Assembly: GCF_020745735.1 (NCBI RefSeq)
Contig: NC_083403.1
Location: 103,936,378 to 104,000,377, forward strand
Direction of reading: 5' to 3'
Origin: Hemiscyllium ocellatum
Lineage: Eukaryota
Length of the DNA: 64,000 nucleotides
Shown here: piece after piece, positions 41,586 to 54,914 of the stretch
How the letters are laid out: each line of letters starts with the position of its first letter
Numbering within the stretch: the stretch's first letter is position 1
Program-made: the position numbers and the translations under genes
The notes under the pieces: generated by a model
The model's input: only the letters and a program-made list of their open reading frames with translations
Told to the model about the DNA's origin: nothing
The model's database searches: none

Positions 41586-42267
41586 ACTCGCATCTACTGG
41601 ACAATGAGGAAATTTGTCCACAAATGACTGGTCACAGTTGGATGCAGCAGTTTCACACCACCTTCTCAAGGGTAACTTAGGGATGGGCAATAAATGCTGG
41701 CCCAGTCAGTGACACCCACATCCCATGAACAAATGAAAAATAATTCACAAACACTACTTTTATTTCCAAAAACAAGAAACAAAGGCAGCAAATGTATAGG
41801 AACACATCACCATTTCGAATCTCCCATCCAAGTCAAATGAAAAACAGTTATTTCTTCAGTCTTGCTGAATCAGGATCCTAACCTAACGATCCTGAAGCAA
41901 CAACTGATATTGGGCCAAGTCTGAATGGTGCAGTGGGAAGAAACCTGGACATGATGGTGAGCTTATGCATTAACTGCCTCTCCCTGTCAGGGCTGGAGTG
42001 CACAGATGTTGTTGAGAGATTACACTTATTTACAGCATGGTTTAACATGATATTTGTCATGTGTATTTTTTTGGAGCTCCAAATACCACCTGGAACAACT
42101 GTGAGACTTGTATGTTCTTACAACCCCTTTCTCGATCTCTATCGGTCCTTTGGTCTTAGACAGCTTTGCAAATATTGTTCGTGTTACATACAGGGCTTGA
42201 AATTGTAATTGAAATGAGGTCTGTTAAGGTGCTTTAGGTTGCAGGACATAATAGACTTGAAGAACTT

Positions 42268-43075
42268 CTGGTCATAGTCGTAGAGTCATAGAGATGTACA
42301 GCATGGAAACAGACCCTTCAGTCCAACCCGTCCATGCTGACCAGACATTCCAACCCAATCTAGTCCCACCTGCCAGCACCTGGCCCATATCCCTCCAAAC
42401 CCTTCCTATTCATATACCCATCCAAATGCCTCTTAAATGTTGCAATTGTACCAGCCTCCACCACATCCTCTGGCAGCTCATTCCATACACGTACCACCCT
42501 CTGTGTGAAAAAGTTGCCCCTTAGGTCTCTTTTATATCTTTCCCCTCTCACCCTAAACCTATGCCCTCTGGTTCTGGACTCCCCGATCCCAGGAAAAAGA
42601 CTTTGTCTATTTATCCTATCCATACCCCTCATAATTTTGTAAACCTCTACAAGGTCACCCCTCAGCCTCCGATGCTCCAGGGAAAACAGCCCCAGGCCTG
42701 TTCAGCCTCTCCCTGTAGCTCAGATCCTCTAACCCTGGCAACATCCTTGTAAATCTTTTCTGAACCTTTTCAAGTTTCACAACATCTTTCCGATAGGAAG
42801 GAGACCAGAATTGCACGCAATATTCCAACAGTGGCCTAACCAATGTCCTGTACAGCCGCAGCATGAGCTGCCAGAGGATGTGGTGGAGGCTGGTACAATT
42901 GCAACATTTAAGAGGCATTTGGATGGGTATATGAATAGGAAGGGTTTGGAGGGATATGGCCAGGTGCTGGCAGGTGGGACTAGATTGGGTTGGGATGTCT
43001 GGTCAGCATGGACGGGTTGGACTGAAGGGTCTGTTTCCATGCTGTACATCTCTATGACTCTACGACTATGACCAG
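42268..43075. mobile_element. CR1 3' fragment (minus) with an inverted duplication of its own last ~214 bp
   Basis: Arms 42268-42481 and 42863-43075 differ by one substitution and one 1-nt indel; 381-bp spacer. Confidence 0.93.
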
Positions 43076-43540
43076 TTACCCAGGGATTTACACATGAGCA
43101 CACTGGGAGTGTCTGCCTGCGTTTCTCAAGATGACATTCCAAGCAGCCTTGCCAGCTGGTGGGTATCGATCTGCAATGAGTCGGGGATGGTGCTTCTTGT
43201 GTCAATAGCCCTCCACATCTGACTTAGCTATTGTCATAAAGGGGACGCGGGGGGGGGGGGGCAATAAGTTCCTGCTCAGAGGAGGAACAAGCTGAAGAGA
43301 AAACTCGAGGCTGGAGCTGGGTTTCCATCCTTTGGAAAGGGGTCCACGTGGAACCTAACAGACCTTGAAATGCAAACTGATGGCTTCCATTGAAGAGTGT
43401 GTGCACTCGATAGTAACCATGATGCAGCTGTACCTCACAGAACAGAATCCTGGTGGCGGAGATATTGACGATACTTAACATCCTGACTCCCTATCAGCTG
43501 AGCAATGTGTATGACCCTCCCTTCAAACAGGTCCAGCAAT

Positions 43541-43759
43541 GGGAATTCCAATCCCCTGCTCCAAAACCTCAGTGTGTATTGAAACACCCTCCCCTGCGGC
43601 ATCCAAGCCCGGTTTCATTGCCTGAAACATGATCGTGTGTTTGCAGTGTGGGCCCCACTAGCAGCTCCCAGCTCTGAGGGAGGGCTCTGCGCCTCTCGGC
43701 TGCACAGGGACACCGCAAGAAAGCGAAAGTGAAAGGAGCAGAGGCCGAGAAACGAAACT
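43541..43759 (+). promoter_or_regulatory. Interferon-responsive promoter of PKR
   Basis: GAAAGCGAAAGTGAAAG (43719-43735, three GAAA cores at 6-bp spacing), ISRE AGAAACGAAACT (43748-43759), kB-like GGGAATTCC (43541); local CpG enrichment; GTGAGT donor at 43845 suggests a short non-coding exon 1. Confidence 0.8.
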
Positions 43760-44639
43760 CTCTTTCCGGCTGAAGGGGGAGGCAGATTGCGTTGACTCTA
43801 TCTCCGCTGCGAGAGACGGGAGGTTGCGTCTGTGAACACTGACTGTGAGTTGACATTCTTTTGGGGTCTGAACATATTACGGAATAATCTTAGATTAGAC
43901 TCTGTCCAAAAGGGTGGGCAATGCATGGTAAACGAGGCAGGGGAGAAGTGTGTGGCTCACCGCTCAAAACCCTCCTTCCAGCTTATTTAATTAATATTTC
44001 ACTGTCAGCTACGCGGGCGCTCTCTGAGTGGCAGGCTGGGGGTTTAACACCCTCACTGTTAGTCTGTCAGCACCTCTCATCCACCTGGAACATCTGGGAG
44101 ACTAGTATCTTTTTACAACCGATCTCTATCGGTCCCTTGGCCTTAGACAGCTTTGCAAATGTTGCCTGTGTTACATAGGAACAGGGCCAGACCTTACCCC
44201 CACAAGCCTGTTCCACCATCCCGCGAGATGCCTGATCTACTTTCCATGCTTTCCCCCATCTTCCTACAAAGATCCATAAATCTCTGCATGTTTAAATCAG
44301 TTTGTATCATTTTGGTTGACTGTTGCTCAAGATAATTTGATTTTTCCACACCCTTGTTGAAAGGTTTCCTCATTTCACTGCTGAAAGTCTGACTCAGAGT
44401 CGCCTGCAGAGACAGAATGCAAAGTCAAATTCAGTGATCCTTTGTCAGAAGGATCAGAAAGTGGTCAGTAAACTCCAGTGTAAGCTGTGCTTCTCTCTCT
44501 CTATACAGATGCTGACAGAGCCGCTACTTTCCAGCACTTTTTGCTTGTTTCACATTTCCAGCATCTTTAGTCCTCTTTTCTTACTATTATTTGTTATATA
44601 TTGTTTGTATTAGCGCATCTTTATTGCTGGCTTAAATAC

Positions 44640-45700
44640 AGTCATAAAGTTGTACAGATGTACAGCACAGAAACAGGCCCTTCAGTCCAACTCATCCATA
44701 CAACCAGATATTCTAAATTAGTCCCATTTGCCAGCATTTGGCCCATATCCCTCTAAACCCTTCCTATTCATGTACCCATCGAGATGCCTTTTAAATGTTG
44801 CAATTGTACCAGCCTCCACCACTTCCTCTGGCAGCTCATTCTATACAAGTACCACCGTCTGAGTGAAAAGTTGCCCCTTAGGTCCCTTTTAAATCTTTCC
44901 CCTCTCACCCTAAACCTATGCCCTCTAATTCTGGACTCCCTCCTCCCCAGGGAAAAGACTTTGTCTATTTACTCTATCCATGCCCTCATGACTTTATAAA
45001 CCTCTATAAGGTCACTGCTTAGCCTCCAATGTTCCAGGGAAAACCGCCCCAGTCTATTCAGCCTCTCCCTGTAGGTCAAGCCCTTCAACCCTGGCAACAT
45101 CCTTGTAAATCTTTTCTGAACCATTTCAAGTTTCACAACATCCTTCCTATAGGAAGGAGACCAGAACTGCACATGGTATTCCAAAAGTGGCTTAAATAAC
45201 ACCAGTGCTTCAGCAGAGGCTCACTGATGATGTCACCTAGTGTGGTGACGAAATGTCTGAAAATGAATCTTCCAGCTCAGTGAGCAAACTTATATCCATG
45301 GCTTAACCAGTGTCCTGTATGGCTGTAACATGACCTCCCAACTCCAGTACTCAGCGCTCTGACCAATAAAGGAAAGCATACCAAACACCCTCTTCACTAT
45401 CCTATCTACCTGCGACTCCACTTTCAAGGAGCTATCAACCTGCACTCCAAGGTACCTTTGTTCAGCAACACTCCCTAGGACCTTACCATTAAGTGTATAA
45501 GTCCTGCTCTGATTTGCTTTTCCAAAATGCGGCACCTCACATTTATCTAAATTAAACTCCATCTGCTACTCCTCAGTCCATTGGCTCATCTGATCAAGAT
45601 CCCATTGTAATCTGAGGTAACCTTCTTCGCTGTCCACTACACCTCTAATTTTGGTGTCATCAGCAAACTTACTAACTATACCTCCTATGTTCACATCGAA
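44640..45700 (-). mobile_element. CR1-type LINE fragment containing a nested family B insertion
   Basis: MEFNLDKCEV.HFG, LEYHVQFWSPSYRKD motifs. Confidence 0.88.
45196..45298 (+). mobile_element. ~100-bp Penelope terminal-repeat insertion with hammerhead motif (45221-45260)
   Basis: tca-CTGATGA-t-GTCACC-tagtgt-GGTGAC-GAAA-t-GTC-tga; target duplication TGGCTTAA at 45188-45195 and 45299-45306. Confidence 0.78.
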
Positions 45701-46989
45701 TTAATAGAGAATTGAAGGAAAGGAAATTGAAATGATATAACTGGAGAAAAAAGCCTATATATTTTCTACACTAAACATGTTTTTATCAAAATTATCTAGA
45801 CGTTTCAGAGTGTTAAGTGGAACATTTGATTGTGTTGAAGGGAAATTCTTTACTAATTAGTCTGCCAGTGACTGAATTGTGTACATTCAGCCAATGTTTC
45901 TCTGCTGACATCTGACCTTCTCCTAAACCAGTCACCTTCCTATTCCATATAACAGTAATTAGCTTCCTTCAGGAGCTGACAGAAGTACCACCATTTTATA
46001 GCTCATTTCCTTGGGTGTGCAGGGATTGGGGGAACGATAAAAATCTTCAAATCTCATTTTTCTCTTTTAAACTGAAAGTTGACGTGTCTCTTTCTAAGAC
46101 CATAAGCAATGGGAACAAGAGTAGGTGACTCAGCCCACTGAGGCTGTTCTGCACTTCGGTAGGATCTTGGTTGATCTGACATTCCTCATGTCCACTTTCC
46201 TGCTTTTTCCCTATAATCCTTGATTCTCCAGCTGATGAAGAATCTCCCTATCTCAGACTCAAATATCTACATAAAGACTTTGTCCACACAGCTCTGTGTG
46301 GCCAGGAGTTCCAAAGACTCTCAACCCTCTGAGAGTTTGATGGTGAAATATTGGCCAGGACATGAGAGAGAATTTCCTGAGCTTCTTTACATTGTGTCAC
46401 TGGGAACGTTTGTGTGCACGCAAGCAGCTAGACACCTAAAGGTCTTATTGAAAAGACAGGAACTGGGACAGCACTCAATGGATGTGTCAGCCTTGAAGAT
46501 CACATCTCAGTATATTTGGAATAAATTTAACTCTGGGTTTAAAATGTATGTTTAGCTTGTGCACTGCCCTAAAGCTAAGTCAGACCAGGAAATTACTTTG
46601 CAGGATGCTAGGCTTGTGGTGTGAATGAATCTTAGACAACGTTGCACACAAACTGTTCCAGCTTTCCAATTCAAGGCTTCAGTAAATACATTTTCCTGTA
46701 CCTAGGACAAACAGATGTTCCTACCAGGATTCCTACCAGCTGTAATGTGAGTTTTATGGGAAGTGTTTGGAAAAGTTGCATCCAGTTTGTAGTTGTCTTG
46801 TTGCTATCTATGTGGTGGTGGGGGTGGGGGAGATGATTTAGATTTGGATGAAAGTTTACATCAGGCAATATTGGATCTGCTGCCTGTTCTACGTGACTCC
46901 TAGTTTCATTCCCTGTGAAAGTCACCAGGTGGTCTGATATTAACACTTCAATCCCTTGCAACAACAGTTCTGTAGTGGTGAGAAAGAGA

Positions 46990-48005
46990 TAGCCCGTCAA
47001 AGCCTTTTGTCTTGTGTTCATCAGGACAGTCACAAGAATTCCAAAGTGCAATGGTGGAGAGTAATGATTGATATCTCATGAAAAACGTGTGCTGATTGTT
47101 TGGCCAGATTGTGAGCCCAATGGATTGTCTTAAATTGGTTTTAGCATAACGCATGTCACCCACAGGATTGTTCAATAACTGATATCAAAACAGGGAATTA
47201 CATCTATCATTAGAACATTACATGCGTTTATTGAACATTTGTGAGTCAAGCATGGCCAGTAGTCTGCCTACTACAGGCAGCCAAAGGGACGTGATTTTTA
47301 ACACAACTCAACAATCATTGGGACACATGACAATATATGTGCTATTACACTGGCACTGAAATTCACATACCACATCACTCAGTTGTGTGCCATGAAGAAA
47401 ACAGCTTGAACATTTGTATGGTAGACTATGTTCCTGACTTGATTGCAGAATCCTGTTAATGGAAAATATCAGTTGTATCATTACTACATAGTAGCAGCAT
47501 GAAATAACTGTCTTTACCTGTTACTTAGATTTTTGAACCTTCCAGAATATCTTCAGATAGACTGGACACTTTTAATATCTGAAATCAGCGGCCTTAGGCC
47601 ATTTGTAAGATTTGTAGTAGACAGCAGGTAATAATGTGATTACAATATTTATTGTCTTGCATTATAGCTTTAGCGTACCCCATTTTGACACCATACTTTT
47701 GTATGGTGAGCAAATAGTTCAAGCCTTTTTAACAAGGCTTCCAAAAAGGTGGAAAATATTCATATACAGGAATCTGTTTTCTACAGGCATAAGGGATAGC
47801 TCCAGACACTATAAAGAAAAGCTTGAGGGAACCAAGCTTTTGCTGCACTCTCCATGGTAATGTCACGACTGATCAGACTCAACTTGCCAACCAATCAGCA
47901 CTTTTTTCCCATGCAATACAAATTGTTGCTCCCTTTGAACTTAGGCATTCTTGTGCCTGTCCAGTTGAGTGCAAGACCAAAAGCTTTGGCAGTCTGTCTC
48001 TTTTT
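46990..48005 (-). mobile_element. Old Penelope-like element (family D) with inverted terminal repeat
   Basis: Minus-strand remnant SDVVCEFQCQCNSTY...VKNHVP resembles a GIY-YIG start; 46990-47120 (minus) and 47860-48000 (plus) are homologous and contain gtcCTGATGA..CAAGAC..AAAAGGCTTTgac-like cores. Confidence 0.55.
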
Positions 48006-48865
48006 TGTCTGTGATACTTGTGCTACTTCAATATGGAGAAATTTTATTTCATATTTTAAACACAGTCTAAGGATCAGAGAGATCGTGACATGATATACAG
48101 AGATCTGTGGGACTGTGTTGTGAAAGATGGTGAGAGTAGGGCCAGTCTTCAGAAGGACAGTGGACCGACTACACTGTCAGTTTTCTTAGAAAAGCTCGTG
48201 ACACAGGGTTTAACTTGGTTTTGTATAGCTAGTAATTGATGGTTTTCATAAAATATTTGATAAGCATGAGTGACAGGCACCAAGTGTAAAGGCTGCCAAT
48301 GAGTGTTAACGTGCAAGTCTGGCAAGCTGAGGCAGTGTAGTCACATCCAGATATATTTACGGTGGTTTTCATCTTTAATAGGTCTGTTATGTTGAGTGAT
48401 TGAAAGGATTAGGTCACTGTTGGTGTTAAAGAACAAATTCCAAGCCATTGGATGTGAACCAAAAATCTATGAAATATCTGAATGCTTCGTCAATAATGAT
48501 AGGTGACAGATGGCAATGTTGGGATTTCGACTCTAAACTAAACTTGACCTGGGATAATCTTGATGATTGTTGTCTGATCATGCATCGGTTGAGAAAGCAG
48601 TTGATTTAGATTTAGATTTAGATTTTAGATTTTTATTGTCACGCCAAAGTGTTGAATGTTTTCAAGAAGGAGATGTAGTTCTTGGAGCTAAAAGGATTGA
48701 AGGCTGTGGGGACAAAGCAGTACTGAGTTGGATGGTCAGCCTTGGTCATATTCTGTGGAAGAGAAGGTTTGAAGGGCCAAATGGCCTACCCCTGCTTCCT
48801 ATATTTCTATGTTTAGACTGAGAGAAAGGGTAGGAAAAGGAGAAGGCTGTTTAGTCCTTAAGTCT

Positions 48866-49157
48866 TGATTAAATTAGATTCCCTATAGTGATGAAACAAG
48901 TCCTTCGGCCCAAACCAGTCCACACTGACCTTCTGAAGAGTAACCCACCCAGATCCATTTCCCTCTGACTAATGCACCTAGCACTGTGGGCAATTTAGCA
49001 TGGCCAATTCACCTGACCCGCACATCTTTGGACTGTGGGAGGAAACTGACGCAGACACAGGGAGAATGTGCAAACGCCACACAGACAGTCACCCGAGGCT
49101 GGGATCAAACCTGGGACTCTGATGCTGTGAGGCAGCAGTGCGCACCACTGAGCCGAG
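48866..49157 (-). mobile_element. tRNA-derived SINE
   Basis: Same family core, reverse orientation. Confidence 0.82.
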
Positions 49158-50366
49158 TCTTCTGTTAGATCAGAATCTTGATTCTGTAATATTAATACCA
49201 CTCACCGTCAAACAAAATCTACCAATCTCATTTATAAAATATTCCGTTAACTCCAGCTTGAGAGTTTTTTTTTGGCGATAAAGAACTTTTTGTTTTAGAA
49301 ATTTAAAGTTTAACTGTGGAAAATGGGGTATGTCAAATTAAAAGACACTCAAAATCTATTGCCATTAAAAGGTTTGGCCTTGGTGTCTTAAAATGTTAAC
49401 AGCTAACAATGTAAGATCATAAAGATGGAGCAACTTCAACAATGTATGATGTATCTCTAAGTTAGAGGCAAATTACCCTAAAAGAATTCAGTAAATTAAT
49501 TTTTAAAAAATCAGATCAAAGATAGGGTACTTAATCATAAGGTCAGTTCAAGATCATACTATATTGTCATGGAAATGGGTGGAACTTAAGATGTTTCTCT
49601 GGTTTTAGTGTATCTCAGTGTTTGCTGAAAGAGTTAGTTGCAGCTTGCACCAGGTATATGCAGTAGCAGCTCACTGAAAGGATATCATCAAAGTCAATGA
49701 TAGTTAGGTTTGCATTTTGAATGGTGAAAATAACAACTTCATCACTCACCATGTGGAATGTGGGTGAGGCTTCATCTCAGTTTGAACTTTGGGAGGGAAC
49801 AGAAGCTGGATGATTGTGTGGGTTGAAGCTACTAGAAGAATTGACAGAGATCCTCACAGATTTTGGGGCAAAATCAAGCGATCAACAGAAATGGCTGAGG
49901 TAATGAGAAAGCCATAATAGCAAGGGACTGAGGCAGCCACGTTAAGGAAGTAATAAATGAAAGTCTTACCTCTGTCAATAGTTGGAATACTAAGAAACCC
50001 TAAAGTGAAGTTCCAGATGACTGTGGCATACCTTTGTGTGGTGCTGATAGATGCAAATATGATACCATAAAATTTAAGAGAGTTCTTGGGACAAATAAAA
50101 ACTACACGTATAGCGTATTATCATTAGAAAGCATATTGCTTGGATAATACCACTTGGTTTGTTTAAGACAATGTTATACATAAAAATTTGCTATTATTTT
50201 AAAAATTGAAATTTCATAGTGCAGTTCTTTATGTTAAAGCGAGGTGTTTGGATTTCATGTAGTTGTTTATGGTTCATGATTAGACCATAACAAGCTATTG
50301 ATTATTATTTCATCATATCCTGTATGGTTTGATTGAAAATATTAATTTTTGCAGCCTCTGGAAGAA

Positions 50367-50485
50367 ATGGCAACTTCGAGTCCTCATTTATACAAAGCTG
50401 TGGAGCAACTCCAGCTGCACGCAAATAAAATTGGAAAGACTTTGAAATGGGAATGCAAACAGTTTGGGCCCCCTCACGACATTGT
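50367..50485 (+). CDS. EIF2AK2: PKR first coding exon, dsRBM1 N-half (exon from 50355)
   Basis: MATSSPHLYKAVEQLQLHANKIGKTLKWECKQFGPPHDI; GPPHD loop; GAAATGG start context; GTAAGT donor, phase 2. Confidence 0.85.
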
Positions 50486-53094
50486 GTAAGTGGTTTAGAA
50501 ATATATTTCTTTCACCTTGTTGTCCAAAACTGTATCATTCCACACCAAGAAACACTAGGTGGCCTCATTCCTCCCTATTTCTGTAACCTCCTCCAGTTCT
50601 ACAACCTGCTAAGATCAAACTGCTCTTCCAATTCGGAGCTCGTGTGAGTTTCTGATTTTTATCACTCTGCCATTAGCAAACATGTCTTCAGCTGCTGAAG
50701 CTGTAACCTTTGAAATCCTCTCTGTAAGCCTCTCACCCATTTAACCCTCGCTTGACCTTTTCAAATACTCCTCTTTGATCAAGCTTTTGCTCACTTGTTC
50801 TAATACTTCACGAGACTTGAGATCAAATCTTGACTGATAGCGCACTTGTGAAACATCCCAAACCATTTTACAATATTAAAGGTGCCATATCAATGCAAGT
50901 GACTATTGAATGCTTCTTGCAACTTCAGTGATAATCGTGAGCTTCCAACTAGCCGAGGCCAGTATGCGTTTTGGTTTTGGAATTTGCATGTGCTGTATGT
51001 GATGTGACCATTTTCTGTGTGACAGCAGCAAACTTTGCTTGTTAATTGTGTTGTGTACAATGGTAGGGTGCTGTTGATACTGCTGTGGTCATCCTTGAAC
51101 TGTTTGAGAAATGAATTCAGTTTTTACTGTTACCAGTAAACATGTCCACAAAGCTGTTAATGGTTGTAAGAATCTAAATCACTCACTGCTGTCCTTCTAG
51201 TGAAGAAATGTGTTTCCCTTATCTGGTTTGGCTCATAGGTAACTCTCACCCCAAACCAGTGTGACTGACCCTTGACTATTTTCAGAAATGGCCCACTTTG
51301 TTGTATCAAGATTGCAGAGAATCCTGATAATCCCATGGGTGCAGTGATCAAAGAAGACACACCAACTCCTTTGAAAAGGCTAACAAGGAGTGGATATTAA
51401 ATGCTGGAAATGACAGTATTCCAAGAATGAATACATTTTAAAGATGAACTCAGTTCTTATTGACAAAAACTGCTCTTTGCAATAAGCTAGCTTCCATTGC
51501 CACTCCATGCCTTTACTTGGCTGTGTGAGTGTCACACAGAAATAACAAACTCCTAGGCTCCACATTGAAAGGTTGCGCAGACCGCTCGTCACGTTTTGGC
51601 TTCATCAATGGAAACAAACTCAAAGAGAGAGATATTCAAATCCCACCATGGCAATTTCATTTCAGTTACTCAATCTTGAACTGAAAGCTACTCTCAGTAA
51701 TGGTGAAGACGTCAACTGTTATCAAATATTGTCAAAGTCCATTTGGTTCACTAATGTCTTTTAGGAAGGAAGTCAACTGTTCCTGCCTTGTCTCATCTAC
51801 GTATGCTCCAGGCATACAGTGATGTAATTGACTCTTAACAATGAATGGCCCAGCAGGCCATTCAGTTCTCAAGGGTGATATGTGATAAATAACAAATGCT
51901 GACCTGTTAGTGATACCCTCATCCCATGAAGAAATAAAGAAAAGAATAACTGGACAAAAATCGACAAGGATTTGAGTATAGAAGTAGTGAAGTCTTGCTT
52001 TAATTTGAAAGAGCTTGGTTAGACTGCAGCTGTGTGTGATTTGGTCTCCTATATCCAGAAAGATATTTTGCTTTGAAGGTTCACCAGAACTGTTCCAGGA
52101 TAGTGGGCCTGTCCTATGAAGAGAAATTGAGCAAATTGGAGCCTTAATCCCGAGAGTTTTGAAGCATGGAAGGAGATCACATTGAAGCCTACAAAATATG
52201 TCAAGGGATAGACAGGAAATGCAAGTAAGATGTCTCCCCTAGGTAGGAAGTACAGAATCAGGAGGTACAACGTAAGAGTAAAAGGGATGCCTTTTGGGTC
52301 TGAGACTCAGAGGGCTGTGAACCTTTGGAGATCTGTACCCCAGAGGGCAGTGGAGGCTCAGTCCCTGAGAAAGATTAAGGTGGAGTCATAGAGTCATACA
52401 TGAGAATAATTTTCATCCTTCAGGTCCATAGTGTGATATGATTGATGATTCTTTAGACTCCATTCATCCAAAAAGTCGATTACCCCTATGGAACACTTCA
52501 GTCTGCAGCTTGCCTTCTTATCTGAAATAACGTTTGTGTTCCTTCTTATATTTGGGACTGACTGCCTGTTTGAAGACACAGCTTTCCTGTGATTAACTCT
52601 TTTGATTCTTCTGCAAGGTAATTAGTTATCCTTGTGGGACAAGGCAGCCAGTTAAAACAGTTTCATTCATGTCAGTTTGATTCCTTCTTCTCCCAGACAT
52701 GGCTAATTTCTCTATAAGGTTATCCACGTCCCTTAAGAGTTTATTTCAGACAGAGTTATTGTTGATTCTTTCTGCATACAAATGGTTATCATTGTTGATC
52801 CCTTCAAAGAATTGTTAAAGTTCTGAAGTCCATAGTATCACATCTGTCTATTCCTGTTAGAATTTTATTGGTTTCTGCACGATTCTCCCCTCACTATTTC
52901 TGAACTCCAGTGAATACAGCCCTAACTGATCCAGTCTCCTTTCGTACGTCAGTTCTCTCATTCCAGTAATCAGTATGGTCAACCATTAGTGCACTCTCTC
53001 AAGAACATCATTCCTCAGATAAGGAGCCCAAAGATGCACACAATACTCCAGGTAGGGTCTCAGCAAAGCCTTGTACAATTGTAGCAAGGCATCT

Positions 53095-54250
53095 ATAAGA
53101 TCATAAGGCATATGAGTGAAAATAGGCCACTCAGCCCATTGTGTGAGCTCCACCATTCAAAGAGATAATGGCTGATATGAAAACCCTCAACTCCACCTTC
53201 TTGCACCTTCTCCATAACCCTTGATTCCCTTACTGACTAAAAATCTGTCTGCCTGAGACTTCAATATACTCAATGACCCAATCTTAACAGTCCTCTGTGG
53301 TAAAGAATTCCATAGATTCACTACCGTTAAAGAGCAGAGATTCCCCTCATCTCTGTCTTAAATGTGTGATTGCTTATTTTGAGATTATGCCCTCTAGTCC
53401 TAGACTCTGCCCGAAGTGGAAACAACCTTTCTGCATCTACCCTCTCAAGTCCCATAACAATCCTGTATACTTCAATAAGGTTATCTCTTATTCTTCTGCA
53501 TTTCAACAAGTTCAGGCTCAATCTACTCAACCTATCTTCATAAGAAAGTCCCTCCAAACCTACTATCAATCTAGCAGGCTTTTTCTGGCCTGCCTCCCAT
53601 GAGAGGACATCTTTATTAGATAAGGAGTCCAACACTGTCTGCAATATTCCATCTGCATACTAATGCCTTGTACAGTTTTTGCAAAACCTCCCTACTTTTA
53701 TGTTTCTTTCCCTTTGAAATAATAGTCAGCATATTTTTTGCCTTCCCCATTGATGCCAGCTTTTTGTGATTGAAGGATGTGGATTCCCAAATCCCTCTGT
53801 TCTGTACCTTTTTCTGCTGTCTTTCCCATTTAAATAATATTCAGCTTCTCTATTCTTACTGCTAAAGTACATAACTTCACATTTTCCCACATTATATTCC
53901 AACTACCAAGTTTTTTCTTCTCCCTTAAATTTCTGCATCCCTCTGCAGACCGAGCCATCTTCAGCACTTGCCTTCCAACCTATTTTTGTATTATCCACAA
54001 AAACTTGGCTACAGTATATTCACTTTCCTCATTCAAATCATTGATATGTATTGTAAATAGTTGTAGTCCCAGCACTGATCCCTATTGCATTCCAATATAG
54101 TTTTAGATTAATTGCCTAAAAATTCTCCCCTTATCCCAATTCTCTGTCTATTAGTCGGCCAAACCTCTATCCATGCTAAAGTCCTGCCTTCAACACTGTT
54201 ATCAAGTGTGGTATCTCATCAAAAGCCTTCTAAAACTCCACATATATTAC
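53095..54250 (-). mobile_element. Older CR1-type LINE fragment
   Basis: GLEGLSYEDRL..NLIEVYRIV..SRTRGHNLKI; CATAAGA-type tail. Confidence 0.75.
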
Positions 54251-54914
54251 ATCATTCCTTGTAACATCCTACTTGTTACCTCCTCAAAAACAAAACCCCT
54301 GCTCTTGTCCTCACATCCTCTCAATATGAAGGCCAACATATCATTTACCTTCTTCGCTGTGTACTATATCAGCATGCTTCCTCTCAGTGACTGCAACTCA
54401 ACAGGTGTATACCAGTACTGGTGTTCCATCAGCTTCCTCCACTCTCTTCAGTTCATCCATCGACAGCTTTCCCTTTCTGTCCCCTTCGCAAGTTCCCCTT
54501 AAATGCATCTCTGCCATTCTTCTTCACTCCCATGTTCCACATTCTCACCATTCCTGGATGAAAAAAAATTTTGAATTCCCTGCTGGAATTATTAGTGACT
54601 ATCTTACATTTAGGGCATTATTTGAGTCTCTCCCCCAAGTGGAAACACCTTGTGGATCCACCCTGTCAAGCCGTTTTTGAAGACCCTGTTGCAGGTTTCT
54701 CTTTTCTTGAAAGACAGAGAGCGCCACTCTGTTCACTCTTTCTGATGAAGTAGTTTTAGTTTCAATACACTTGGAACACAAAGTGGAGGAGATCTCTGTG
54801 AAGCCTGAGGTCCCTCAAGTCATCTTCATACCTATCTTACGTATCAGTAAAGGTACAGGCAGGATAAAAGAATTGTGCTATACTGCCCTTCCTCCAATGT
54901 TCCTTTTGATGTAG

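Noticed and set aside
43732-43746. KCS element next to the ISRE
   Set aside because: Only about half the positions match the mammalian KCS as recalled.
43850-50354. Z-alpha exons (PKZ-like gene)
   Set aside because: No Z-alpha motif found by eye; the N-terminus is two dsRBMs.
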